A stretch of DNA of 64,000 nt. Origin: Felis catus. Lineage: Eukaryota. The stretch spans positions 76,634,001 to 76,698,000 of the forward strand of contig NC_058368.1 in NCBI RefSeq assembly GCF_018350175.1, written 5' to 3'. Positions 1-12,540 of this stretch are shown here, one piece after another. Position numbers and translations under genes: made by a program. The notes below the pieces were generated by a model. It was not told the DNA's origin. It worked only from the letters and a program-made list of their open reading frames with translations, and searched no databases. How positions within the stretch are numbered: the stretch's first letter is position 1; every line of letters begins with the position of its first letter.

Positions 1-354
1 GTGTCCCAGGGACTTGTCGATATGATGCCAGTCAAACCAGGACCTAATCCATAGATTTGTCACAAGAGTTAAATGAGTTCATGTGTGTAAATCTACTCTT
101 CAGTACTCTGCTAAATGATTTTCTCTTGGCGGTATGGAAGCTCTGTCTTGCTTCTAGATCATTCACGCACCTTCCTGGAAATGTAGATCTGTGTGGGTTG
201 CCAACTATTGACATGTAATGCTCTATGAATTCCAGCATAACTAGCAGCCCTTCACTCTCCTGACCTCTCTGAACTCCAGCTTTCACACCACCCAGTCCTA
301 CTGACCAGGACCACTCACTCTCTCCGCTGTGGGCTGTACTCTGCCCCAGCTCTG

Positions 355-632
355 GGACCTTATAAGAAGATGCCGAAATACAGAGAGGAAAACATCTGAA
401 GACAGACGTGTAGAGAGAAGGCACCACGTGGCTCAAGAGGCAGATAGGAGGGACACAGCCACAAGAAATGCCAAAGATTGCCTGCAACACCAGAAAGTAG
501 GAGAGGGAGCAGGGTCCACCATACCTTGATTTTGGAATTCCAGCTTCCAGAACTGTCCGGCTTAAATTTAGGTCATCTGAAGCCACCCAGTTGATGGTAC
601 TTTGTTATGGCAGCTCTTGGAAGATAAAACGG
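355..632 (+). mobile_element. MaLR LTR (MLT1-type), 3' part
   Basis: cttataagaaga...gccaaagattgcctgcaacaccagaa...ccagcttccagaactgt...aagccacccagttgatggtactttgttatggcagc matches the recalled MLT1 3' half. Confidence 0.8.
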
Positions 633-1579
633 TGGCATGAGTTTAATTTGTTGTTTCTAGCCACTCACAGGAATTCGATTCCTGCTCTGCACCAGAAACC
701 CAGAGGGACTCTCCAGGCACTGACCGTCCAGCTTCTTGCCTGATGGTGGCACGCACCTTGCCCATGGCTATGTCCGGAACCCCCACTCTGCCACTCTCCA
801 GGGTCCTTCCTGGATCCAACATCTGTCATGACTACTACCTCTGCCTTTCATGTACTGTATGAAGAGTGTGCTCAGCCTGCCTGACTAGACTTCCTTTTAT
901 TCCCTGCAGCTGGCAAAGCCCTAGAATTAGCCCATCCCCTTGAACACGTCCCTCAGTCAGGGGCCCTCCCAACCAGGCCTTTCCAAACACCCATGTTGCT
1001 CTGAGCTCCCAACCTGCCACTTCTTCCTAACATCAGACAGTGTCCTCTGATTTATTTAACATCCCATTTAAGACTCCCGGTTGCAAATAAATTCAGAGCC
1101 GCAGGCTGGGCATAGAGAACCCGCCCCCTCCTTCACTCTGGAGAACCGGAACCCCCGTGAGGCCTCATGTGCAGCATTTTTATGAGTGACTGAACGAGAT
1201 TCACATGTCTCTTAACCTGGGAGAAGACTTAATTGGTTGGTTTAAAAATTATTTATGCCCTTCATGCATGCATTTTGAGCAGATTAGAAAACACCAGTAC
1301 ATATCAAATTATTTTTTTTCAAAAGAAGTCATTAAACACTAGGAGGAAATATATGCAGGGCAGGAGAAATGTTAATGTATGAGGGTAATTGCTCACCGCT
1401 TCCCTTCCCAATTGCCCTGTAATAGCTTCTTATATTTGCTTTATTTGTATCAATAGAGATGGCTGGGAAAATTTTCGCCACATCACCCATTTACCAAATG
1501 TTTCCAGGTATTCTCTAAAAATAGCCCAATTTAATTTCCAAGAGTAGGATTGTTGAGTCATATGGTTTGTGCACGTTTA

Positions 1580-1870
1580 ATTTTGTTACATACTGACAAA
1601 TGCTTTCTTAAAAATGTAAGAGAATTCACAATCCCACCGCCGGATAGCATGAACATACACAGCCTTTGCCGATACGATGTTGTAGGGGGGTTTTTGTTTT
1701 CATATTTGTTTTTATGCGTTTTGTTTGTATATTTCATTGCATTTCCCTGACTACTAATGATGTGGACGTCTCCATACATGTATTAGTCATTGGCCTTTCT
1801 TCTGCTGTAACAAGTCCTATTTTGCCTTCTTCCTATATATATGTTAATCATTTGTCTCTTTCTTATTTAT
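1580..1870 (-). mobile_element. Old L1 (L1M) fragment
   Basis: ttgcatttccctgactactaatgatgtgga...catgtattagtcattgg resembles the antisense L1 ORF2-end/3' motif. Confidence 0.7.
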
Positions 1871-2475
1871 TTGCTTATTTTACCCTACAAAAGCAAAAGA
1901 ACTTTGTCATCATTTTATACGAATCAGTTGGCTCATTCCAGCGTTGTTGCTAACAGTTGCAAACTGAAAACAACCCAAGAACCATCACTAGAATTTTATT
2001 GTTTAAATTATGATGTGTACTTCTGGAACACTATTTGGGCACTTAAAGATTAAGATAGACCTATACATACTTACTCAGAAGGAATCTGTGATAAAATTAT
2101 TCGGGAAAAATAATACATTTCAGAATATCATACCCATAATGTTTTGTAAAGCAAACAACAAACAAAAACAAACCTTTGGGCGTGCTCGCACGTAATTTAT
2201 ATCCGAAAGATGGAAAAGTACACAACAATTGTTTCCCACAAAAGGTTAACACTGGAAAAGGGGATGTGGAGGTTGTTTTATTTTATACCTAGGACATCTC
2301 GTGCAGTTGCTAAAATAGCATATATTATTTTGTAATTCAAATGACTGATATACATTTCAGAGTATAACAGTAAAATATAGAATTGTGGAGGTTTTAGTAT
2401 AAGTTTCGTGTGATTGTGTGATACTATTTCAGCAAAAGAAAAAAAATATGTATAGATCAAAAATAGTGTATTTTC

Positions 2476-2651
2476 AGGGCACCTGGATGGCTCAGTCCGT
2501 TCAGCGTCCGACTTTGGCTCAGGTCACGTTTTCGTGACTCATGAGTTCAAGCTCCGCATTGGCCTCACTGCTGACCCCACTTCAAATCCTCTGTCCCCCT
2601 TTTTTTCTCTGCACCCCCCCAACATGCACACTCTCTCAAAAATAAATTTTA
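2476..2651 (+). mobile_element. Can-SINE (older, internally shortened)
   Basis: gggcacctggatggctcagtc head, CT region, aaaataaa tail; degenerate TSD aaaaatagtgt(at/gc)tttc. Confidence 0.92.
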
Positions 2652-2811
2652 AAAAATAGTGTGCTTTCAAATATACTGATTTTTTTTTCCACCAGAAAAG
2701 GAAACCTCCTTCCATTGACAATGGGTTATTTATGGGAAAATATGAGAAAGCTAGTTCTACAAGATCAGCAAGTTTAAAACATTCAAATATCTTTTTAAGA
2801 AAGTAGGAATC

Positions 2812-3030
2812 GTAGGGCGCCTGGGGGGTCAGTCGGTTGAGCATCTGACTTCGGCTCAGGTCATGATCTCACAGCTCTGTGGGTTTGAACCCCACGTCGG
2901 GCTCTGTGCTGACAGCTTGGAGCCTGCTTCGGATTCTGTGTCTCCTTCTCTCTCTGCCCCTAACCCACTTGCATTCTGTCTCTGTCTCTCTCAAAAATAA
3001 ATAAACATTAAAAAAAATTAAAAAAAGAAA
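2812..3030 (+). mobile_element. Can-SINE
   Basis: Full head, CT region and A tail; perfect 15-bp TSD aagaaagtaggaatc (2797-2811, 3031-3045). Confidence 0.97.
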
Positions 3031-5129
3031 AAGAAAGTAGGAATCAAGTATTGACCCCTAACAGACATTGATAATCTAGCATTATGGCATTGGGACACTA
3101 TAGAAACTTAAAAATATATAGAGGTTTACCAGGGAGCTAAAGTCCAATGGGAAAGTCAAACGCTACTGGCAAATGAAATCAAGAGACTTTATTTTTTAAG
3201 AGATTCAACTGATCGGTATGATAGAGTCAGACAGTCCAAAGAGCCTGAAGGTCATTCATACAAGTTTCAGTCTTCAAACTGCATGCCTTACCTCCCTTAA
3301 GTTTCTAGATGGCACCAGTTTGGTATAGAATCTTCCATGTTCAACATCAATATTGTTTTGCTGATGATCTGAATATGAGATCAATCTTACCTGATCTTGT
3401 AGGCTTAAGCATCATCACCCACTACGTGTCCCGTCTAGACATCTCTCTCTCTTCCCCCCCTCTTCTCTCTCATCTCTTTCTCTCTTTCTCTAGCCCCAGT
3501 TTCCACTACCTACCTACTGCAGACTGCTCTCCTGTCCCACCGACACCATCGCCTCAACACCTGAACCCTCTGTAACCCTCTGCCAGACCTGCTCCCCGTG
3601 GGGCATTCTGCCTTGTGAATGGAACAATATGTTCTGTTTCCATAGCCCTGTGCTACTACTTGGATGTTGTTTCTTTCATTTTGGAGAACAAGTTAGGGTG
3701 TTTCATTATATCACCTGTGCAACAGACATAAAGAAATCTATGAAAACGTACAACGAAATGTAACGCGAAACGGTGACTTGCGGTGCATTCACAGCTACGC
3801 TCTGGCTCATTGAATATCCTTGTACCCGGGTGCACAAGTCAGACCTGGCGGGTCTGCCTCCTCCCTCCCTTAATCTCCACCCGACAGCCAGCCCGTCCCA
3901 CGTGTTGCCAATGCTACGGCCTAAAAAAATCCCTCGGCTCAAACCACTTCTACCAATTTCCACTGTCCTTTGCACAAGACACTCTCATTTCTCGGGTAAC
4001 TTTTTCTTTGTGCAGTCTGGGCTTCCTCCAAACAGCATCCCAGCCTGCACCAAGTGACCTGTCAGAGACATGCTAACGAGTTCTGTGAGACACTCGTGCG
4101 GTTACCTGGGCTCCTTTTCCTGACAGTGTGCTCCCGGGGTACTGCGCTCCAACACAGAAATGTTCTCCAGGATTTGCACGTTTGTCCTCTGCTCCAAAGG
4201 GACACCTTGTTTTACTTGCCCAGTCCCTGCCTCGCCTCAGGTCTTGGCTTAGACGTGACTTCCTTCTGCGACCCGTACGGCAGGCTGCGTGCTCCCCAAG
4301 TGCCCCGTAGTCAGCTCGCATCGGGTCTTTCCTCTTGGAGCATGTACTTGAAATTCCCACTAACCCATGGTTTCCTCCTTGAAGAAAAAAGGGGCTTGGT
4401 CTTGTTCACTACTGGATGTCTATTTCAAGACATAGCAGGGGCTCCAGAAAAGTTGGTGGCATTGAATGGAAATTTCCCAAAATATTCAATTTTTGACGTC
4501 CTTTATACGCCGAGGTGAAGCTTATGCCCCATGATTGGCAGGACACATGCTTTGCGATGACACGTTTATGACACCATGGCTTTGTTCAGGTTTCAATTCT
4601 GTGGCTGCAGAATAGGACAAAGATATCTGTTCCTCCTGCACCTGGGACTGTTACCCCAGCTCTACCAGCACGTGGAAGATAATAGCACCATTGAGTACTT
4701 GTATAGTTACATTTTACAAAGTCCTTTCAGATCCGCCAAACTAATTTTGTTCGTGCCCTACTCCCCCAAGTGTTCATCCTCCTTCATGCATCCTATACCA
4801 GTGTTCTTGTTTCTTGGACACTCCTGTGTCAGAAACATGATGCAGAATGCAGCCAAGCTGGGCTGACCCATCCGAGTAACGGTCACAGTCCAGCGTGGCC
4901 TTTTCAATCTGGCCTGGCCAGCGGGGCTGCTGGTCTACCGATTGAAGGCTGCACCTCTCCCGGGAGTCTCGGCTCCCACGAGTCTCAGCTCCCACGGATC
5001 TGCCACTGCAACAAGCCAGCGCTCAGGCGACTCCAGGCAACTGCAGCTCGTCTTTCTCTGGGGTCATTTCTTTCCTCCTGGGGTACCTCCTGTCTTTGCC
5101 TTAGACTCTCCCATTCACCGTCCTCTGCT

Positions 5130-5680
5130 GCTCAAACAATTCTCCAAAACCATAAATACGGCCATGTGACAGTCAGCTGTGATCCCCTTCAGTCGTCCAG
5201 CCCGCCACACTGCTTCCCCCCGGCAAGAAGTGCTTGGGCTGGTCCAGTGTCTCTTTCTCCAAGTTCATCTGGTGCCATCTGCCTCACAGGATCCCTGACC
5301 TTGTGCCCCACACTTCAGCCCCATCAGGCCACAAATAGTTTCGGAGCACATTGGGCTGCTTTCTGCTTTAACCCATGTTTAAAGCCTTTTCTCCATTTGA
5401 AACCACTGTCCGGCCAGTCACCATGGAGAACTCCTATTCATCCCGCAGAAACCTCCCACTCTGTAAAAACCTTTCTTCTCTCAAGAAAAACTGATCATCC
5501 CCTTTGGAACCACTATTACGTGTTATCTTCCCTTGTCACGTCGTGAGGTGCTCATGTGGGTCTACATCTGTCACTCCTTGCCATCTAACAGATGCTAGAG
5601 GACAATTCTGGATTTTACGTTTCTTTGTGTCCTACACCCGGCACACCACAGGTGTGTTTATTAAATGAAAGATGAATGAA
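5130..5680 (+). mobile_element. L2 3' fragment (degenerate)
   Basis: Ends in ...ggcacaccacaggtgtgtttattaaatgaaagatgaatgaa, typical of an L2 3' terminus. Confidence 0.5.
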
Positions 5681-7729
5681 AAACTCAATCATCAGAAGCA
5701 GCCGAGACTCAAAACTGTTAAGAATTTTTTCCAGCCACATTATAAATGCACCAAGACTGATTCTAGACATTGGCTCAAAGTTTTCACTTGGCTTTGATTA
5801 AGGCCAGAGGCACAGTGGTGGGGCCATCCAAAGAAAAATCCTAATGGTCATTAATCTCCCTGAAAAATCCTAATTTTTCCTGCCAGTTGTTTTACTAAGT
5901 CTTGTGACTATGCACCCGTCTAGCCCATTAAAAATCATAAAGACCCTTCCAAACTGAATACTGCTCCAAATTGTCCTACAGCACTGCAGTTACCACATAA
6001 GAGGCCAGGAAAAGTCTACCATTAAACAGAGGAAGACAAGAGCACAGGGAAAATTAGAAAATGAGACCAAGAGTTGATCTGAAGAAAAGACACATGGGTC
6101 TCAGAGTTCAAGGTGCCTTCTTAAAATAAAAGTAAATAAGTAAATAATATCAAAGCACGAAATAAACCCGCCCCCATGCAGTCAGTGCTCCATTAGCTAC
6201 CTTTGCTGATGCATTTGTTTTTGATAACGTTGGCGCCGATTGCAAAGTTAATATGTACGTACCTGGGAATTTTGCGTGGCGGGAGAAAGGGGAACGTAAA
6301 TTTCTAGCTGTATGCTTCAGCCGACACAGTTTTACAGAAATTACACTTCATGGGGAGGAAAAGCCCTTGATGGCGCCCCCATGTATTGGACAGTATCACG
6401 GTTCTGACATGACTTGTCCACAGGAAAGAGACAAGTACACACCTTGAAACTTGCTATCTGTCCACAATCTCAGAGTCTAACATTCTTCAGCAACTCATTT
6501 GGTTTAATAAACTACGGCAACTTATTCAAACTTCTAAGAAGCTGCCAAGTAAAATGAGATGATTTGACTGGAATAACATGTTCTAACGGCTCTGCAATTT
6601 AAGAGAGGTGTTATTCTACTTTTCACTGGACCCAATGCATTCCACAGGGTTTGCCCCAATTGTCTTTAATAGTGTGACCATAAAACTTACATAACGTTTG
6701 CTCTTTTAGAGTTCTGTTTCATTTAATGGGACAGTATGCAGTCAAAAATTTGTTTCATCTGGTTAGTTTATCTGGATGTTTCTACCTTTTTATATCAGAA
6801 TATATTAATCACTATCAACACAAACATAGGAGATTTCCTACGAGTTCATTACAACAAAATTTGGTTGCCATCAAACTGTTTTTAATTGTATAGTTATTTC
6901 TGTTACCTATTAAAAGGGGAGAGAGATGGCCAGGGCTAGGCTATCAAGGTTTTTCAAATATTTTCGTACTTTTAATGGGTTTCTATCTCAGTGGGAAACA
7001 ATTCTATCGCAATTCAATTTTTTAATAGAATGGACTCAAAAGAATAGCATATTTGATTGAAATCTAGGAACAAAACCAACTGTAATAGAAAACTACTCCC
7101 TAAACATGATCTAGAAGCATATCAATATCTTTGCCAGTGATGGTCACCTAGGTAAGGTGCCAGTTCCCTTGTACGGTGTAAGCTCCACCATGACCCACAA
7201 TTCATTACAAAGAAATTTTGTAGATCTTATTTTTTCTGAGATGCCAGATTGTGGAATCCTAAAAAAAAAGATTTGTCTCAGGAGAAGAGAAAGACAAAAC
7301 AAGATCTCATTTCTTAACTCATTTTGCATGAGTAGATTCAACAAATGAGAATTATTTAGACGGAAATACCTACAGGTCTTTTAGAAGCCTAAAACTTAAG
7401 TAATTAGAAGTGAAAGTTAAAATATATTTCCCTTTGTGTATTTATTTTTCTGATGTACTTTGGGAAAAAAAAGCAAATTTTGTTTGCTTTTTCCCGTCTA
7501 TAATCAGTTGTTAATGAATATGATGGATAAAACATGTTATGGAGAAGAATTCCATGATAATATATATTTAAAGTTGAAAAAGTCTCAATCTCTCAATATC
7601 AAGAATGTGATAGAATAATCCCTAACCTACAAAGCACCATTTCACGTACAAGGACTCCTATTTTTTCCATATGCTTTGGATCAATAATATGAAACAATCT
7701 AATAAACCTTTAATAAAGAAACTTTTTTT

Positions 7730-8150
7730 AGAGATCAGACTTGTGGTTACTAGAGGTGGGGTTTGGAAGGAGGAAGAAGTGAAGGAAGGTGGTCAAAAGG
7801 TGCAAACTTCCGGTTATAAGATAAGCACATACTAGGGAAGCCATTTCCAACATGGTGCCTGTAGTGAAGCCTGCTGTGTGGTATCCTGGTGAGGAGTTAA
7901 GAAGGCAGATCCTGAGATTTCTCAGCACAAGGAGAACATTTCTTTCCTTTATTCTTTTCTTCTTTCTTTCCTTTTTATTGTGCCCGTGAGAAGACAGATA
8001 CAGTATTAGCTGAGCCTACACAGATGCAAATCAGACCATCCGCTGTATGTCTCTCACTTACACAGTGATGTATGTCAATGAGTTCTCAAGAAAACTGGGG
8101 AGGGCGGAGGGGGAGAAAAATGACTAAATATCAGAAAGGAAAAAAAAAAT
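7730..8150 (+). mobile_element. L1 3' end (L1MA9/L1MB-like)
   Basis: gaaggtggtcaaaaggtgcaaacttccggttataagataa...gatcctgagatttctcagcacaagg followed by an A-rich tail. Confidence 0.85.
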
Positions 8151-8715
8151 TTTTAACTAAATGCTTGTCATAGGACTAAAATGTGAAATAAATTAACTCA
8201 CACCTGTTGTTTTTTGGGGTTTTTTTCCTGCCTGGAGATTTATAATAAATATGAAAATGTAAATAAGTTGCATAGTAGGATTTTATTTAGGTCCTTTCGA
8301 AGGCTCATACTTAGTGAAGCAAAGATTTTTAAATCAATAAACCAAAATATAGACTTCAATTAAACCTTAACATTCCCATCCAGGCAACACTTAGCTTATA
8401 ATTAAGGATTTAAAACCTGTTAAAAAGGAACTTTCATTTGCTGCCGCGTTCATGAGAAACATACACTATTCCCTGTAGGTAGAGCTCTATTGATTTGAAA
8501 GTTTTGCTGATGTTACTCCCCGTATCGGATAAGTTTATGCAAAAAATGAAACAAAGGAGCAAAACTGATATTCTAGCATGTTGGAGTTTAGGGTTTATTC
8601 ACGTCTCTTTAGGTCTGTAAAACTAACCGAAATTAGAATCCAATCACAGAAAGCTTTTCAAGGGAAATTGAGCACAAGATTTTTAAATGGCCCAAGTCAT
8701 AAGACACTTGGTCAA

Positions 8716-8865
8716 TTTTCTTTCCTTTATTTCCTTCCTTCCTTCCTTCCTTCCTTCCTTCCTTCCTTCCTCCTTCCCTCCTTTCCTCCCTCTCTTCCTT
8801 CCTTCCTTCCTACCTTCCTTCTTCTCTTCTCTTTTCTTTTCTTCTCTTTTCTTTTCTTTCTTTCC
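8716..8865. repeat. (TTCC)n/(CTTT)n polypyrimidine tract
   Basis: About 150 bp of almost pure C/T, read directly. Confidence 0.97.
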
Positions 8866-9856
8866 GTCACTCCACTTACATTTTAACTAAGATAAAAGAA
8901 AAAGCAATACCTACCCAAGAATCAGAGAAAATGGGACTTGAACTGTGCTGGGAAACCAGGATAGTGGGGGTAAAAATGGGAGTTTGGGTAGAAGTTGAAT
9001 TGAACAGAGCAAAATTTTTAGGCTTCTAACTTGTAAATCAGAATTAGGTTCTTCCTTCTATATGAGCACAAAATAAGAGATACCTAGGTTTAAGTGGTGT
9101 GAGATGAGAAGACACTGGAGCTGTGAAACTATGAGAGGCCCTCGATGGAAATTGTTCATGTCCAGTGGAAAATAAGGAAGTGCACCCCTTATTTTTAACA
9201 AGTTGCCTACTTTGTAAGGGAAGCTGCCTGGGGATACAGGAAGAACTCTGAAAACGTACCAGGGTGTATTCATTAACCAATAAGGAAAAAAGTACGCAAA
9301 GTTCATCGATTAGTCCGCATTGTGAAAGATGAACACGTCTAGACATCAACTGACTGGAAGTTCAGGGCCGTATCTACACAAAGACATGACCAGTGCACCA
9401 GGCGTAACAAGGTGGAAACTACCCCAAAACTATTTATAAAATGAAGGCCCCAAAACTATATCCCCAGCTGCCTCGACCACAAAGAGAAATGTAACCACTC
9501 GGGGTCAGTTTGTAACCTTGAGTATACAGCACCTATCAGTGGGAGCAGAGGGCAGGTGAGAATAAAAACATGGCAGTCCCACAAGAGAACGAGCCCCCTG
9601 GGAAACAGACATCTGGCTAAAATGGTTCCTATTTTCTTCTGTAATTTAATTCAGTATGTAAATGAAGTAATTTAATTCAACAATGTACAGGGGCTAGCAA
9701 AACAAGAGCCTGTTGGTGAAATACTATGTGTAAGAATGTAGTAGAATATTAAGCAGAATAACTAGGTAAGTGGCTAAATACACCCTTTTAGTAAATGATG
9801 CGTAGGTTTAGATATTGTCTAATAAAAGTATAAAATATCCTAGGGAGTATCCTATA

Positions 9857-10050
9857 ATTTTTTTCAAGTTTTTTAATTTACTTTGAGAAAGTGAGAGAGA
9901 GAGTGGGGGAGGGGCAGAGGGAGAGGGAGAGAGAGAGAATCGCAAGCAGTTTCCACATTGTCAGCACAGAGCCAGCCATGGGGCTCGACCTCACGAACCG
10001 TGAGAAATCAAGAGTTGGACACCTAAGTGACTGAGCCACCCAGGCGCCCC
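9857..10050 (-). mobile_element. Can-SINE
   Basis: Ends ctgagccacccaggcgcccc; (GA)n; partial TSD tatcct. Confidence 0.95.
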
Positions 10051-10944
10051 TATCCTGTACTCTTAATCAGAATAAGGAATTTCAAGTACACGGTTTGGAC
10101 CCCATCTTTCCCTTCCTTCGGTCTTTTTTTTTTTTTTTTTTAATTCTCCTTCGGCATAAGATGCGTCTATTCTCCAATACAAAGAAAACTTGCTTTTCCG
10201 TTCACGGTGTGTGTCAGTTCTTCACATTAAATATAAATCTATTAGAATGGGAAATATGCAATCCGAATAGCATTCTTCTCATCTACACATTATTTGCAAA
10301 TTTAAAACTATATGCTATTGTAATACGACACACGACAGTATTTAGTATGCTTGCCAAGTACTTTCAAAGTCCTTAGAGTAAAAACCATTTTACTTAGCAC
10401 AAAAAATTTGCAGTAGAGTCTACATAATTATAATTATTCATGCAAAATATTTCACCCAGCTTTCACACAAAAACAAAGTGATTAAAATACGGCCATTGTG
10501 CAGGGAAAAGGAAAAATATGCTTCTGGGTTCAGTGGTTTGGTCAAGAGTGGAGTGGATCCAAATCCCAGACCTAAAAATGAAAATGCTGCTGTGATTTAG
10601 TGACAGTGGAACTTTGAATTGTATCAGATGGAGGAGCTTTAAAAGTTAAGACTCGTTTTCCCTAAAGAGCAGTATCTGAGAAATCCCCGTCACCGCCTTC
10701 TCCCCTCCCCCTACTCCCCCAAGAGGAGAGCTTGAAGTTCATCATAACTCACTTCCCAGTCAAGATGCTCTTGAATGCAACGCTCGCGGGGGTCCTACCG
10801 AATCTATCGGCAGGTGCATTTAGAAGAGCTTGGTTTCTAGCCAGTAATAGGCCATCAGGCATTCTTCAACCCAGACCAGACCCTCCCCCCCCCCCCCGCC
10901 GCCGCCAGGGGATTGATATGAATGCATCGAGGCTTACTGCACAC

Positions 10945-11152
10945 CAGTGGTTCCCCAAGTAAGACCTCTGGGCCCACAAAAGCAGCAGCACCTGGGAACT
11001 TCTGATAAATGCAGATTCTCGGTTCCCACCTCAGCCCTACTGAATCAAAACTTTTGGAGGTGGAGCCCAGCCCAGAGGCGGCCTACCTCTATAGTCTGTG
11101 TTTTAACACACCCTCCATGTGACTCTGTCGGGCAGAAATTTGAGACCTGCTG
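10945..11152. mobile_element. MER5A-like hAT-Charlie MITE
   Basis: cagtggttcccca...agcagcacctgggaactt...aaatgcagattctc...ctactgaatcaaaact...tttgagacctgctg with degenerate TIRs. Confidence 0.85.
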
Positions 11153-11456
11153 CCCCACATCATGTAACCACCTGCTATAGAAGGCACCTTCGATTTGGTT
11201 AAAAAATATGACATAGTGTCAAGGTGTTGCTAGCTGTTCAAGGTCTCTTCCTTTCTTCATGGGAAATAAGTAGTGTAATGGTATTAGTTTGCCCCAACAC
11301 AGCCCAGCTGGTGTAGTCATGTTCCTTGTGACCCGACTTTGCCTTTCATTTTTCTTTCTCATCCAGAAAAGAGGCCTTTTCAGGGTCAGGTGCCATTTAC
11401 CATTTTCTCACCATTCCCCAGTCCCGGAAGCCAGCCTTGAGAAAGCTCCCAGAGAT

Positions 11457-11480
11457 GGGTGGGTGGGTGGGTGGGTGGGT
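11457..11480 (+). repeat. (GGGT)6 microsatellite, G4-capable
   Basis: Read directly. Confidence 0.9.
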
Positions 11481-11599
11481 GAGTGGTTGAATTTAGCCTG
11501 TCTTTCTCTCTAGGGAAAAAAAAAAAATGGCCTTAGTTTATCTTCCTTTGAAGACACAAGGAACATGAGGGCCTGACATCAGCTTACGTCCAGAGTCTC

Positions 11600-12025
11600 T
11601 TACCCATGACTCTCCAGACCCATCTGTCCCTTGACTATGGCAAAGTCACGCCCCCAAGACGCTTTGCATTCACTATTGCTTTGCATGGAGCATTCTGGAA
11701 CCCCAACGTGGCAGGACCACTTCCTTCTGGCCATTTAGACCTCAGTTTCAAACTCCCCTTCTCAGGGGAAACATCCCAGACCACACAGCCAACCCAGCCT
11801 TAGTCATTCGTGGTCCATCATCTCGTTCTGTTGGATTTATTTTTTGTCCTCCAGAAATATTCTCTTTCTCTTTATTTCTTTATTTGCTTGAGCTCTCCAG
11901 GCATAAATGCAAACTCATGAGAGCAGAAACCTTGTCCCTCTTGGTCACTGTAGTATACCCAACAGTACAGCACCTGGCACCGAATTACGGACACTCTCCA
12001 AATATACATTCAGTGAACAAATGGA
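11600..12025 (+). mobile_element. L2 3' end
   Basis: atgcaaactcatgagagcagaaaccttgtc...ggtcactgtagtatacccaac...acctggcac...aatatacattcagtgaacaaatg. Confidence 0.75.
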
Positions 12026-12319
12026 TATATTGGCCAGGTGCTAAGAACAACTGGAATAAGGGTGTGAAATACACTTCTAGTCTCTCCCCTTTTCCCACTC
12101 CGTTCCTTTGCTCTGTTTCCCAACCGTTTCTTTCACATCGTGTCGGCATGCCTCATTTCTCTGGTGCCCCCAGAAAGCGTGACACCCATGCTTTAGAAGT
12201 TGTACCCGCTTCCGTGGCAGCCTGCTGGAGAAAGGGTCTGTTCACATTCCCACCTCCAAAATTTCCTGGAAAGCTCTCCACCTGCCCCAACTCTGCCGGG
12301 TTCTGAGCCATCGTGGGCC

Positions 12320-12540
12320 AGAACGTAGCACTGGGTGAGGGCTATGCGTTTCACAGCCCAAACTTGGGGGCTTCAAATCTCAACCCTGCTACCCAGAACC
12401 TGGAGGATCTGGGACAAGATTCTCTTCCTACGTATGCCTCAGTTCTTTCCTTATCAAATGAGGACAACACAAGGCCATCGTGAGGATGAAGAACTCCCCA
12501 CGGCACCTAGCACATAGGAAGCCTTCAGCCTGTGTTAATT
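12320..12540 (+). mobile_element. MIR
   Basis: ttcaaatctcaaccctgctac...tgcctcagttctttccttatcaaatgagga...gtgaggatgaa core. Confidence 0.75.

Noticed and set aside
4770..5546. Longest ORF (258 aa)
   Set aside because: Non-ATG start, no recognisable domain, overlaps an L2 remnant, composition typical of random GC-rich DNA.
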